Part shown: piece by piece, positions 56,301-64,000 of the stretch
How positions within the stretch are numbered: position 1 is the stretch's first letter
How the letters are laid out: every line of letters starts with the position of its first letter
IMG/VR virus record: IMGVR_UViG_3300014205_000175
Span: 1-64,000 of that record
DNA: 64,000 nucleotides
Reading direction: 5' to 3' (one strand)
Source: a virus
Lineage: Duplodnaviria; Caudoviricetes
The notes under the pieces: generated by a model
Told to the model about the DNA's origin: nothing
What the model saw: the letters and a program-made list of their open reading frames with translations, nothing else
The model's database searches: none
Position numbers and translations under genes: made by a program

Positions 56301-58645
56301 CCACCTGGAGCAGCACCGTTACCGAAGCGCGACTGCACCTCCTGCGCCATCGGTCCTACATGTGCACCGCCATCACCACGACCTGCCTTATACTGCCACT
56401 GATAGTTTTTAACCGCAGCTAGCCTATCCAGTACGTTAGGTGCCGGACTAATGTTTTGCTTGGCGTGAATATCGGAGGTTGCATGATAAGGTTTGATATC
56501 GCGCTTGGCATGAATGTCTGATGTAACTGTACCAGGATCGGGCGGTTCGGGGTTTTTCCCGCGTGCATCTAAGAGCCTCTCGACATAGCTCGTCTTATCG
56601 AGTTCAGTGACGTTGTTTTTGGTTTTGGTGATTCCCATGTCACCCAACAAATCACCCATGCCAGCGTCGGTATATTGCTGTGCGATGCCTTGTTGAGCAG
56701 GGATGGTATTTTGAATATCACGACCGAACTTATCGACAGCGGATTTATACGTGGTGTCTCCATCACCGTCCATCATTTCACTAGCCCTACTCGCAATATC
56801 TTCAAGACGACTAGAGACACGTGAGCGATGGGCTTGATCGATATAGCGTAGGAACTTTTGATTAGTTAGAGTTTTGAATGTTAACGTATTCCCGTCCATC
56901 ATCCACCGCAGCAGGGCTTTTTTAAGCGCTGCGATCTGAGGTTCGGTAAGTATGCGATCGAGTTTAAACGTTTTAACAAAGCGTGCAAGCTCATCGTGGA
57001 GTTTGCCGTTACTCTCAGGATTGATGAGTTTTTTAGTGATGCTTTCTTTGATCGCAGATTCGGTATTAAATCTCCCTGACTCAAAATCAAAGCGTTGCAC
57101 TTCAACGCCATCGACTGCAGCCAATCCACTAGCGAAAGCAGGATCGTGTTCAACCCACATCCGTAGTAGTTTGGTCGAGCGAGTATTTTCCTGGAGGATT
57201 TTACCTAGGTAGCCAGGGATAATATCGGTGATGCTGCGATAGACGCGGTTATCAAAAATCGCATCGGGTTGCGTGAGATTACTCATGCCACCAGCGCCGA
57301 CTAGTTTCATATCGACATCTTGCTTGGCAAATGGTTCCAACAAGCTTCGAATAAAACTCTTGGCCGAATTACCATCGGCATCATTGAAGTAGTCGCTGTG
57401 ATAAGCGTCTTGCGCGAGACCTTGCGGGTTCATCGCAGCACCGACCCACTTCTTACCGAACTTATCAAGACGGCCGTTTTCTGGTGCGATGGTACGACGT
57501 AGCCGTGCACCGAGTTTAGCGGCAGCTTTGTTGACCGGGTTCTGCAGCAGCAGTGAAGCACCGATATTGCCAGCGGTGTTAGCGCCGGACATATCTCCCA
57601 TGTCCAAACCGTCACCGAGATCTTGCTGCTGCATCGAGAGTTGATCGATCGCATCGAGCGACATGTCCAAGCCCATCTGGATCGAGCTCGACATCTCTCG
57701 AATCTGATCGACCATGCGTTTTTTGATCTTCTCAAACCCCTTACCGATAACACTCTCGCTATTAAAGAGCTTACCTTGGATATTATTAAAAAGCTTATTA
57801 CGCGCGATATCTTTAAAGCGCTCAGTGTTCTGAATCTTCGTAAACTCAGGCAGTCCTGTATTTTTTACGACTGCGTCGTTTTGCGTCTTGAATATCTCGA
57901 AATATTCTTTGGATTTGGTCAGTAGCTCAGCATTAACAAAGTAGCTGCGGTACTGAAGCTCCAGGGATTTTTTCTGGTAGGCCTGTGTAACCTGCGTCTC
58001 ATAGTTACTGAGCGCCGCGAGGTTATGATCGATGCTGGTTAGTAAACCTTGTTGAGAAGTAAATCTTTTGGCTTCTACCTGTCGATCCAAATCTCCTTTG
58101 GTATCGTCACGAGCTTGTTGACGTGCCTGTAGGTCGATTTGGGTATTGAACACTTCAGCGAGTGAGCCGGCGATCGTCTGTTCTTCTTGTTGTTGCTTAG
58201 AAGGTCCTGACGGTGCATCGTAAATACCAAGAGCATCTTTGATTTTACTCGCGAGACGGCGACTACGCGAATTCTCGTCCGAGCTCATCTTCTCTAGCAC
58301 TTTGGTAAAGCGCTTGGCGGTCGGTTTGATTTCGCGTGCTGCCTCCCGATAGAGACTGGAGATATGCCCGGATACTTCCTCTACGCGCGAGCCGATGACT
58401 TGGTACTCTTTCGGCAAAGCTTCTTGCGCGAAAGTACGCAGCGTATTTTCCGACAACACGGTGCTTTTCGCACCACTGATCGCGCCCTTGAATGCACTGG
58501 TGACGGCACTGCGTTTTTTCGGATTGACATCACTACGAGCGCGAATGTCATTGACCCGTACGTCAGAGTCGAGTGTATCGAAATTTAGATCTTCATCAAA
58601 ATCGAAATCTAGGTCAAATGCCTCGTCTTGCTTCTTTTTAGCCAT
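50336..58645 (-). CDS. Tape-measure-like tail protein with S74-like, M15 peptidase and lytic transglycosylase domains (phiKZ gp181-like)
   Basis: 2769 aa. YQKKSLELQYR and ..IIPGYL.KI in the N-terminal part, SGYRS..Q...PGRS.HE.GLAVDI..EPWH (M15), AIESGF...SSAGGLFQF...TW...Y.AH.LG (transglycosylase). Divergent from the beta' gene. Confidence 0.85.
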   Translation of the reverse strand: MAKKKQDEAFDLDFDFDEDLNFDTLDSDVRVNDIRARSDVNPKKRSAVTSAFKGAISGAKSTVLSENTLRTFAQEALPKEYQVIGSRVEEVSGHISSLYREAAREIKPTAKRFTKVLEKMSSDENSRSRRLASKIKDALGIYDAPSGPSKQQQEEQTIAGSLAEVFNTQIDLQARQQARDDTKGDLDRQVEAKRFTSQQGLLTSIDHNLAALSNYETQVTQAYQKKSLELQYRSYFVNAELLTKSKEYFEIFKTQNDAVVKNTGLPEFTKIQNTERFKDIARNKLFNNIQGKLFNSESVIGKGFEKIKKRMVDQIREMSSSIQMGLDMSLDAIDQLSMQQQDLGDGLDMGDMSGANTAGNIGASLLLQNPVNKAAAKLGARLRRTIAPENGRLDKFGKKWVGAAMNPQGLAQDAYHSDYFNDADGNSAKSFIRSLLEPFAKQDVDMKLVGAGGMSNLTQPDAIFDNRVYRSITDIIPGYLGKILQENTRSTKLLRMWVEHDPAFASGLAAVDGVEVQRFDFESGRFNTESAIKESITKKLINPESNGKLHDELARFVKTFKLDRILTEPQIAALKKALLRWMMDGNTLTFKTLTNQKFLRYIDQAHRSRVSSRLEDIASRASEMMDGDGDTTYKSAVDKFGRDIQNTIPAQQGIAQQYTDAGMGDLLGDMGITKTKNNVTELDKTSYVERLLDARGKNPEPPDPGTVTSDIHAKRDIKPYHATSDIHAKQNISPAPNVLDRLAAVKNYQWQYKAGRGDGGAHVGPMAQEVQSRFGNGAAPGGTSIDLVTMNGLTMQAVQDLNTKVDTRIATNKTGDAMLDVLGEIRTHTASIDSHIAGMDGKLFNGITFKAGDKLQSLGVFARLAGGRFKRGWSDIKDGWNNADSQPSPAILQEVPTSATLGIGDRATRLLSGIKKRGIGAFNKLQDNTTSAYTFTKDRIAKPTFDLASEQIKKNKGRVTDGLGKLISGAWNLAGDIYTTTSDVVRNKIPQALQDMWTNVKKAGTTVAELFDEPTDIYVRGENEPRLTAQLMRLGGYIDTVSGKAITRPGLITGAVATTDGHIVLTTEDITRGLINSQGVEIEAIRTKAMRFIKERAQSAYARVAKFGSMVMGKTQAFGQAAASKVSDGISSVGGYNRYIYNVLLDIRDISIKNLLGRPGKMRLRSFKDEKGINKSTTAASADKLFGRVKQTGTVLRDRVKDLTTANKHHADNVIGTIASGVTGLRSKLKTPVTTDTPDQPVPTIRTRFDTAATTVKDRIRDLTHFNDVDGSGRRDGSWLEKLDKMKNAAAERRRKSAEEHAKDKPEPWYRGDNVIDTMVSGISGLWSKLKPPKVKDETDTPSVTERIKEQKDQLVNKARTSYDTVTKAVKDRVGGLTHFNDVDGSGRRDGSWLEKLDKMKNASEERRHKSAEEHAKNKSEARYRGGNVIDMMIDKIASMKDMFGGVMDTLSGSIGDMLGGAGDAVGRRRGRRGLGRGAARRPGILRRGVGAVARGVGTVANYALNPVKGLQMAGKGALFAGRGIASAASAVTTVGRLGLGAVGIGQFGAMGAGMLASPLVPFIAGAAAVGAVGYGLYKGYQFFTRNSASKLTAIRLAQYGIPPADSEYYHYLLKLEQYVSDNATVIRQGQAMIDQSKIDGNVILEIFGLDPEADEEHIAALQEWFLGRFVHVYNLHRTALFKANSKLAIADIDKLKLAEAKIYIDAIKVDIPYYNVTNSPIKDYLQFLAGKSDVEAAIVAAKKDLGLDKLDKAAKEPKTLADMNKAAIISGAAAAVSKSDPTSKNDEGGKPSVEKSGLPSTIQSAVASSVLGRAADLFKSMGITALKANPVYALYRYFKDRNVSRLDYIRLAQYGLPSYGDENDRYQQIFKLEDYIQKKVEVFKNDGFTVSDNRIEMQVVYEIFDVDPETPTGLAKAQTLAVWLSKRFIPTYVKNRNALWATNPRLTLMSISNLKSENFEKYVSLLDVPDDIYQTKESPFAGVDLLSASRADYLDAVTRARATLPPARYQKRPTTIATAASKPVGEITSVAPSKEPDSLVAGSAQPSVQSSADKILGTSKTPLAQASQPAILNNEAFQKNTSVISPELCSGESGGNYIKLGSGVELQGINPTMLQRFKAMAQEYGEMSGKKIQVNSGYRSYEKQAALHAANPSKAAPPGRSLHESGLAVDINSTDAAALDQLGLMKKYGFTRPVGGEPWHVEPAGIQGKLTAVRQNPQLASELVLASAHRGGGGYGAQPGAVKYRRNDAVAQQILASGSTSKPTPSSTQIALSSEGVTPEGSKGKVAPPAKTEQVSYTTKGFDPDAFGKPASSPALAAGGKYPSAANDAKPAMSTPTSSIGAAAAGMARDIGNGGLNSSRGAARTAGNTARTMGVDDRIVSIGEATVSSSANIRGQYGINDVAGKAGFGAQPGTMDAIRDLSTGNYKSPDAIKRMVQQVAQIAGVDPTTLQTFAAIESGFKATARSSQSSAGGLFQFVDKTWQYMLGKHGRQYGLGPNTSKNDPVANALMAAEYMKANARLISDVAPNASAVELYAAHMLGPSGAKKLLSASPDTIAAELLPKAARSNTPIFYNNNQPRTIEELLAHLDGKVTSKANEFNIGAPAANDSGLPPISASSDAVAVANPVKDTSTTGASSPLAAIGTAMANSSQPAAVTAAQPSFNVPTAPRTASNVTPIDNGSRYNATDMLKQLSGVETLMGKSVSLQEQMLQVLTTISGNISAEKFAEIVTALKSAMPSETAPASQAPASRLKTSQMDKLPISLNRKVI
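54355..55060 (-). repeat. Internal tandem duplication of ~100-120 aa
   Basis: Two near-identical LTHFNDVDGSGRRDGSWLEKLDKMKNA..ERR.KSAEEHAK.K.E..YRG.NVID blocks plus a partial third. Confidence 0.85.
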
Positions 58646-58711
58646 ACAACACCCCCTAATTCTTAAAGCTGGTCCAACGGATTCCTTGAACTATAGTCAG
58701 GAGACTTAAAA

Positions 58712-60328
58712 ATGTCAGCAGCAGACCTACCGTTTAATCTTGATTTACTTACTCCTACACTCGATCAACTAAAAAGCCTGCGTCCGATTCGCTCGCTCGA
58801 TATCTTCGAGAGCTCTACTAAAAACTTCCATCCCGAGGGTTTATTCAGTGTCGAGACCTTTGGTAAAGTAGGTACTGAAAACCGTAACCGCAGTTTTGGT
58901 TATATCGATATCATCGCTCCGATTCTGCATCCGGTAATCTACAAAGCATTAGCGGAACTGAAAGAACTCTATGGCGACATCATGAATCAGACCAAATACG
59001 CGCTATGGAATGAGAAGCTCAAGGATTTTGAAGTTGCCAGTGCGATAGATGGTGAGACAGGTATGGCGTTTTTCCTCCAGCACTATAAAGAGATCAAATT
59101 CCTCGATCGCAAAAGTGTCAAACGTTCCTTTAACATCGAACTGATAGAAAAATTCAAAGACCGCTCGCTCATCCAGTACATACTAGTGCTGCCGGCAGGA
59201 CTGCGTGATTATGAGATTGGCGATTCGGGTAAACCCGAAGAAGGCGAAGTTAACACGTTCTATCGTTCACTACTGTCACTCGCTAACCTCATCACTCCTG
59301 CGGTATTTAAAAACGATCCACGCGGCGTAGACTCTACACGCCATCGATTGCAGCTGACGATGATTGAGATCTACAACTACTACCGTGGACTAATCGAAGG
59401 TAAATCAAAATTCATCCAAAGCAAATGGGCTGCGCGTAAGATTTTTAACAGCACACGTAACGTCGCCTCCACGATCATCAACGAAGCGACTACCGCAGAT
59501 GACATCAACATCATCAAAGCCAATGAGACCGCGGTAGGACTGCATCAATACGCGCGCTCTACTGCACCGATGTCGCTACACCATCTGCGTGAGACGTTCC
59601 TGCACAAAGTTTTCACTGGTGCCAATACTCCGGCAATCTTGGTCAACGCTAAAACGTTGAAAAAAGAGATGGTTAATATCAGTGCCGATCACTACGACGA
59701 GTGGATGAGTTCCGAAGGGCTTGATAACGTCATTGCACGTTTTGGTGAGCGAGAGCTGCGTCACGAACCGCTGATGCTCGATAAACACTATCTAGGACTG
59801 ATCTATAAGGGTCCAGATATGACGTATCGGTTCTTGCAAGATATCGACGATCTGCCTGAAGCCGAGATGGCCAAATACGTCACACCAATCACCTTCTGTG
59901 AGCTACTGTATCTGTCGCTCTATAAAGATTCGCATACGGTGCCAGGATTTGTTACGCGCTATCCTATCACAGGCTACGGCAGTATCTACCCGTCCCTCAG
60001 TCACTTGAAAACCACGATGCCGTTTGAAGTACGTACCGAGCTCGATGACAACTGGCAGCCGACGGATTCAATCGCAAAGAACTTTCCTATCGCCGGTGCG
60101 AGTTTCTTTGATACCCTGGCACCAAATTTATGCCATTTGGGTAGATTAGGATTGGATTTTGACGGGGACGTTATTTCGTATATTTGCGTGGTAAGTGAAG
60201 AAGCTAAAGCCGAAGTGCATAGGAAGATGGCCTCAGCGAGCTACTATGTCGATGCTAATGGTAAGATGTATTTTAGTGCTGGCACTGAAACCATCGGCTA
60301 CGTGCTAGGCTACTTGACGGGTTCGTAA
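58712..60328 (+). CDS. rpoC: Virion RNA polymerase beta'-like catalytic subunit (phiKZ gp180-like)
   Basis: GLFS.E.FG, VLPAGLRD, GK....KW..R, TRYP and the catalytic LDFDGD. Confidence 0.9.
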   Translation: MSAADLPFNLDLLTPTLDQLKSLRPIRSLDIFESSTKNFHPEGLFSVETFGKVGTENRNRSFGYIDIIAPILHPVIYKALAELKELYGDIMNQTKYALWNEKLKDFEVASAIDGETGMAFFLQHYKEIKFLDRKSVKRSFNIELIEKFKDRSLIQYILVLPAGLRDYEIGDSGKPEEGEVNTFYRSLLSLANLITPAVFKNDPRGVDSTRHRLQLTMIEIYNYYRGLIEGKSKFIQSKWAARKIFNSTRNVASTIINEATTADDINIIKANETAVGLHQYARSTAPMSLHHLRETFLHKVFTGANTPAILVNAKTLKKEMVNISADHYDEWMSSEGLDNVIARFGERELRHEPLMLDKHYLGLIYKGPDMTYRFLQDIDDLPEAEMAKYVTPITFCELLYLSLYKDSHTVPGFVTRYPITGYGSIYPSLSHLKTTMPFEVRTELDDNWQPTDSIAKNFPIAGASFFDTLAPNLCHLGRLGLDFDGDVISYICVVSEEAKAEVHRKMASASYYVDANGKMYFSAGTETIGYVLGYLTGS

Positions 60329-60362
60329 TAGTGTGGCTATTTAGCACTAGAGGGAATACGCG

Positions 60363-60650
60363 ATGTGGCTGTATATCACTACCCAGGCCATGCTGGATAA
60401 TCGCGCACTAAGACTCGCATCCAGAGTAGAGATTATTCAAGACTGCAATACGTGTAGTCGTAATGACTGCATTCAATGTGAAGGGGCGACCGAGCTTATC
60501 CGAGCAGTGTGGCAACTCCCTGGTATCGCAGAACCGATCGTGAGTGATAGCGAAGAAGGATTGAAACTAGTTTTCAATGGTTACAATCCTATTTTGGCAA
60601 CGATATATAGCTGGATCAGACGCAATCGTATTCCGTACGCATTATACTGA
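60363..60650 (+). CDS. Small hypothetical protein with a Cys cluster
   Basis: GAGGG RBS, CxxCxxxCxxC-like segment. Confidence 0.6.
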   Translation: MWLYITTQAMLDNRALRLASRVEIIQDCNTCSRNDCIQCEGATELIRAVWQLPGIAEPIVSDSEEGLKLVFNGYNPILATIYSWIRRNRIPYALY

Positions 60651-60667
60651 GTTCGTTCATCCCTCCA

Positions 60668-60711
60668 CCTACCTGCCTTACTACGGGCAGGTAGGTAGGT
60701 ATTTTTTGTTT
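60668..60711 (+). terminator. Rho-independent terminator
   Basis: ACCTACCTGCCT-TACTAC-GGGCAGGTAGGT followed by T-runs. Confidence 0.7.
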
Positions 60712-60757
60712 TACCTAACCATCAAGTGGTTACTGTTTTTTGCGAAGGACAAATGAC

Positions 60758-63700
60758 ATGCTATTAGAATACAGTGTTTATTACAAGAAATTCGGCATTC
60801 GCCGTCTGGGACAGTTATTCAACCCGCCGATAAATACTCTTGACCAGCTTCATCTATCGCGCGAGAGCACCTATCACTATGTCTCTCACGATGTAGACGT
60901 AGTAATGCCTGATGCGAATAGTTCTCTTTTTAGCGGCTATGGCAAAAAAGTATGGGTTAGCCACGTTAGTACGTTGACGAGTACCGAAGGCGCACCAAAA
61001 CCACTGAACAAGCTAGTCAAAGCGCTATTTCGTGACTGGCATCTGAAAAACAACAAGCTCTTCAAGTACGTCGAAGATCCGACGGCTATTGTACCCGACG
61101 CACTTACGCTCGTCGTATATAACTACGGACTACTACATGCGACGTATCGTTATCTCAAGACACCGATGGCTGATTACTACCGATGGTTCAACATCGAGAA
61201 AACCCGCTGGGACAATATCGCTACGGTCGTGGATAAAACCCAACGCCAACAATTTGTCATAGTTGATACGCCCAAAGTGCTACCGTCGGTCGGCATGCTG
61301 AAGATGTTCAGCGGTAAAGTCAGTATTCGCACGACCAAGATCTTTGACAATTCTGAACGACGTATGGTTCTCGAACTATGGAAATGGATTGATCCGGCTA
61401 CACGTGGCGAGAGCACACTCAGTAGTCTCAGTAAAGAACAAGCGCTCTATACCAACGTTATATTCCGCTATGAGAATAGCTTCACTATCCTCAACCTCGG
61501 TAAGCTCGAAGAATGGCGTGCCGGTAACGAAGGCAACACCGAGAACGCAGGTCAGCCGATGCTGCCGGTATTCATGTTGCAGAAGTTCGTACTAAAGCTC
61601 ATGATGGGATTGCAAGCCAATGCTCCTGCGGCGGTAGACGAAGAAGATAGAGATGAAGAACTCTCTGAGCCTGATACGCATAGCGAGATGACCCAAGCAC
61701 TGATGCCCAACGTTACCGCTAATGCCACACAGACTGAGCCCGAATACGCCGACTCGTTCGTAAGTCATCTAAACAACCTCGATGATGATCTAGCGGTACT
61801 AGAGAAGCTCGATCAAGCGATGTACTCTGACGAAGAGACGGTTGCCACGGATAGCGACACCGAAGAAGAGGACGAACTGTCGGAGGTAGCACTGCAAGCC
61901 AATAGCGATGATGCAGCACGTATCACCGCATCGATCTACCAGCCCGCCGATGCAATGCAGCAAAACCGCAATACGGTAGCCCAACTCGCTGAAGACGGCG
62001 TTATCACCGCTGCCGCTTACAAGGATCTACTCAAACAAATCGCTGCTGCCGAACAGGTTAAAAATCCTTATGATAGCACGCAACTACTATCAGACTACAC
62101 ACCTATTGCTGCTGAAGAACTAGCACTCAGTGACGAAGGCCATATTGCTCCACATGCAGCCATCGCCGATAAGTCGATGGCTAAAACCACGCTGACGAAA
62201 TTCGATGCGAACTATGTAGGCAGTGTTATCAAAAAAGACATCCTCGCTGGCGTACAACATCTATCGAACGCAGGAGTATTGATCAAGGACTATCAAATCG
62301 AAAAGGAAATCTCAGCGCTTGGTAAGTACGAGATCCATAGCGTGAAGCTGCGGCCTTTGGATGGAGTCGAATCGACGGTGTATTTCCGTGTACCGGAGAT
62401 CGATCAAGACGGCGAGCTCTACATTGCCTCAAACAAGGCCAGAATGCGCAAACAGCGATCAGACCTTCCGATCCGCAAGATCTCTCATGACTCGGTAGCC
62501 CTATCGAGTTACTACGGTAAGGTGTTCGTCAATCGCACTGAACGGCGTCAGTATGATGAGGTTACGTGGCTTGCAGATATCATTCGTGAGATCGGTATGG
62601 CGGGTGGCAATGAGACGATACGTAAAGTCACACCGGGTAACGTCTTTAACAATCACCTAAAAGTGCCGCGTATCTATAGTGGCCTGTCGATGCATTTTAA
62701 GTATATCGATACGGCCAACTATCATCTTGTTTTCGATCATCAAGAACGACTAAAACTTCTTGACATTGAGCAGCTTGCTAAAATCGAAATCAATGGCTGG
62801 GTGTTGTGTGGTCATACGCGTAAGAAAGAGCCGATTCTCGTGAACCCTTCAGGATTGTTTTCGATCTATCGCGATAACAGCTATGTGGCAATCGGTAATG
62901 TCTATCAGCTCCTGATGCTCGATGCGAGTAAGGCACCGATCCAGTATAGCGAACTTAAGATATTCAGTAAAGCCGTACCGCTAGCGGTAGTGCTAGGGTA
63001 TTACTTCGGTTTGTCTGACATCATCAAACTCGTACAGGGTAACCCCAAAGTACTTAGCGCGAAAGCACGCTATACGCCCAGTAGTGACGAATGGGTGATG
63101 CGTTTTAGCGATTATAAGCTGGTGTTTAATAAAACCAACACTGCAGCCACACTACTACTCTCAGGAATGCTGTTCTATAAGGACACGTTACGGCAGTTTA
63201 AATATAGTGACTTCGATGCACGACATGTGTATATGAATGTCCTTGATCAGCGCGGTATCAACGTCCGCTATCTCAAAGAACTCGACACACTCAAACAACT
63301 CTTTGTCGACCCAATCACTCGCGGTGTGCTCGAAGAGATGCATGAACCGACGGCATTCACTGGGCTACTGGTGCGTGCTAATGAGTTATTGATGAGCGAC
63401 TGGCATCCTGATAGCAACGATCTACGTTATATGCGTATCAAAGGCTATGAGCGTGTGGCCGGGATGGTGTATAAGGAACTCGTCAACTCGGTGCGCGATT
63501 ATCGTTCGCGTAATATCCGCGGTAAATCACAGATCTCGATGGCACCTTATGCAGTATGGCGTGCGATTACTCAAGACCAAACGGTTAAAATGAGTGAAGA
63601 CATCAACCCCATCAATGATCTGAAAGAGATCGAAGCGGTGACGTACGTCGGTGCTGATGGTCGAGCCAAAGACGCGATGACCAAAACCGCCCGCGAGTAT

Positions 63701-64000
63701 CATAACAATGACATGGGAACGATCTCTGAATCCACTGTCGATAGCGGTGATGTGTCGATTAACACCTATATGTCAGGCAATCCGCAGCTCACCAACCTGC
63801 GTGGTGTGACGCGCGACTTTGATATGCAGCGAGACGGATCTACATCGTTACTGTCGAGCTCAGCACTACTAGCACCCGGTGCAGTGAACGATGATCCGAA
63901 ACGGGTAAACTTCATCGGCGTGCAAAATGCTCACACAGTAGCTTGTGCGGGGTATCGTCAACCGTATTTAAAAACCGGTTATGAATACGTCGTACCGTAT
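60758..64000 (+). CDS. rpoB: Virion RNA polymerase beta-like large subunit (phiKZ gp178-like), 3' truncated and absent from the ORF track
   Basis: Reads MLLEYSVYYKKFGIRRL. Segments translated by hand give RKQRSDLPIRKI, LSSYYGK, RIKGYER, EDINPI, ISESTVDSGDV and DDPKRVNF in the same frame up to the window end. Confidence 0.85.
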   Translation, partial: MLLEYSVYYKKFGIRRLGQLFNPPINTLDQLHLSRESTYHYVSHDVDVVMPDANSSLFSGYGKKVWVSHVSTLTSTEGAPKPLNKLVKALFRDWHLKNNKLFKYVEDPTAIVPDALTLVVYNYGLLHATYRYLKTPMADYYRWFNIEKTRWDNIATVVDKTQRQQFVIVDTPKVLPSVGMLKMFSGKVSIRTTKIFDNSERRMVLELWKWIDPATRGESTLSSLSKEQALYTNVIFRYENSFTILNLGKLEEWRAGNEGNTENAGQPMLPVFMLQKFVLKLMMGLQANAPAAVDEEDRDEELSEPDTHSEMTQALMPNVTANATQTEPEYADSFVSHLNNLDDDLAVLEKLDQAMYSDEETVATDSDTEEEDELSEVALQANSDDAARITASIYQPADAMQQNRNTVAQLAEDGVITAAAYKDLLKQIAAAEQVKNPYDSTQLLSDYTPIAAEELALSDEGHIAPHAAIADKSMAKTTLTKFDANYVGSVIKKDILAGVQHLSNAGVLIKDYQIEKEISALGKYEIHSVKLRPLDGVESTVYFRVPEIDQDGELYIASNKARMRKQRSDLPIRKISHDSVALSSYYGKVFVNRTERRQYDEVTWLADIIREIGMAGGNETIRKVTPGNVFNNHLKVPRIYSGLSMHFKYIDTANYHLVFDHQERLKLLDIEQLAKIEINGWVLCGHTRKKEPILVNPSGLFSIYRDNSYVAIGNVYQLLMLDASKAPIQYSELKIFSKAVPLAVVLGYYFGLSDIIKLVQGNPKVLSAKARYTPSSDEWVMRFSDYKLVFNKTNTAATLLLSGMLFYKDTLRQFKYSDFDARHVYMNVLDQRGINVRYLKELDTLKQLFVDPITRGVLEEMHEPTAFTGLLVRANELLMSDWHPDSNDLRYMRIKGYERVAGMVYKELVNSVRDYRSRNIRGKSQISMAPYAVWRAITQDQTVKMSEDINPINDLKEIEAVTYVGADGRAKDAMTKTAREYHNNDMGTISESTVDSGDVSINTYMSGNPQLTNLRGVTRDFDMQRDGSTSLLSSSALLAPGAVNDDPKRVNFIGVQNAHTVACAGYRQPYLKTGYEYVVPY

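Noticed and set aside
61177-61984. Short ORFs listed near the right edge
   Set aside because: They lie inside the RNAP beta-like gene that starts at 60758 and runs off the window.
58712-64000. Introns or inteins in RNAP genes
   Set aside because: Frames appear continuous and of expected size, and no splicing or homing-endonuclease motifs were seen.
1-64000. Stop-codon reassignment
   Set aside because: Core genes are full length in the standard code and end in TAA, TAG and TGA.

Overview
This window is part of a phiKZ-like (Chimalliviridae-type) jumbo phage genome, read in the standard genetic code. Family and phiKZ orthologue calls come from motifs and gene order recognised by eye; no searches were run. 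Core genes in order: tail fibres, DnaB-like helicase, major capsid protein, non-virion RNAP beta subunit, portal-like and baseplate proteins, RuvC, a candidate spanin pair, a second tail-fibre block, SbcC (split by a 1-nt frameshift), RNase H, UvsX, three virion RNAP subunits (one runs off the right edge and is missing from the ORF track) and a 2769-aa tape-measure-like lytic protein. Highlights: (1) two promoter-like motifs found from the sequence, ATC-N3-TGR before mainly structural genes and CATATATA(A/G)TAC before non-structural genes; (2) an orphan promoter-terminator unit with no ORF behind the capsid gene, a candidate structured late small RNA; (3) an accessory island with four paralogous nucleotidyltransferase-like proteins that appear catalytically broken, plus two SLOG/YspA proteins, downstream of a structured leader; (4) an internal S74-type autocleaving chaperone domain with a duplicated Ser-Lys motif inside the tape-measure-like protein; (5) interchangeable beta-propeller modules on three tail fibres. 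No tRNA, CRISPR array, transposase, reverse transcriptase or obvious intron or intein was seen.
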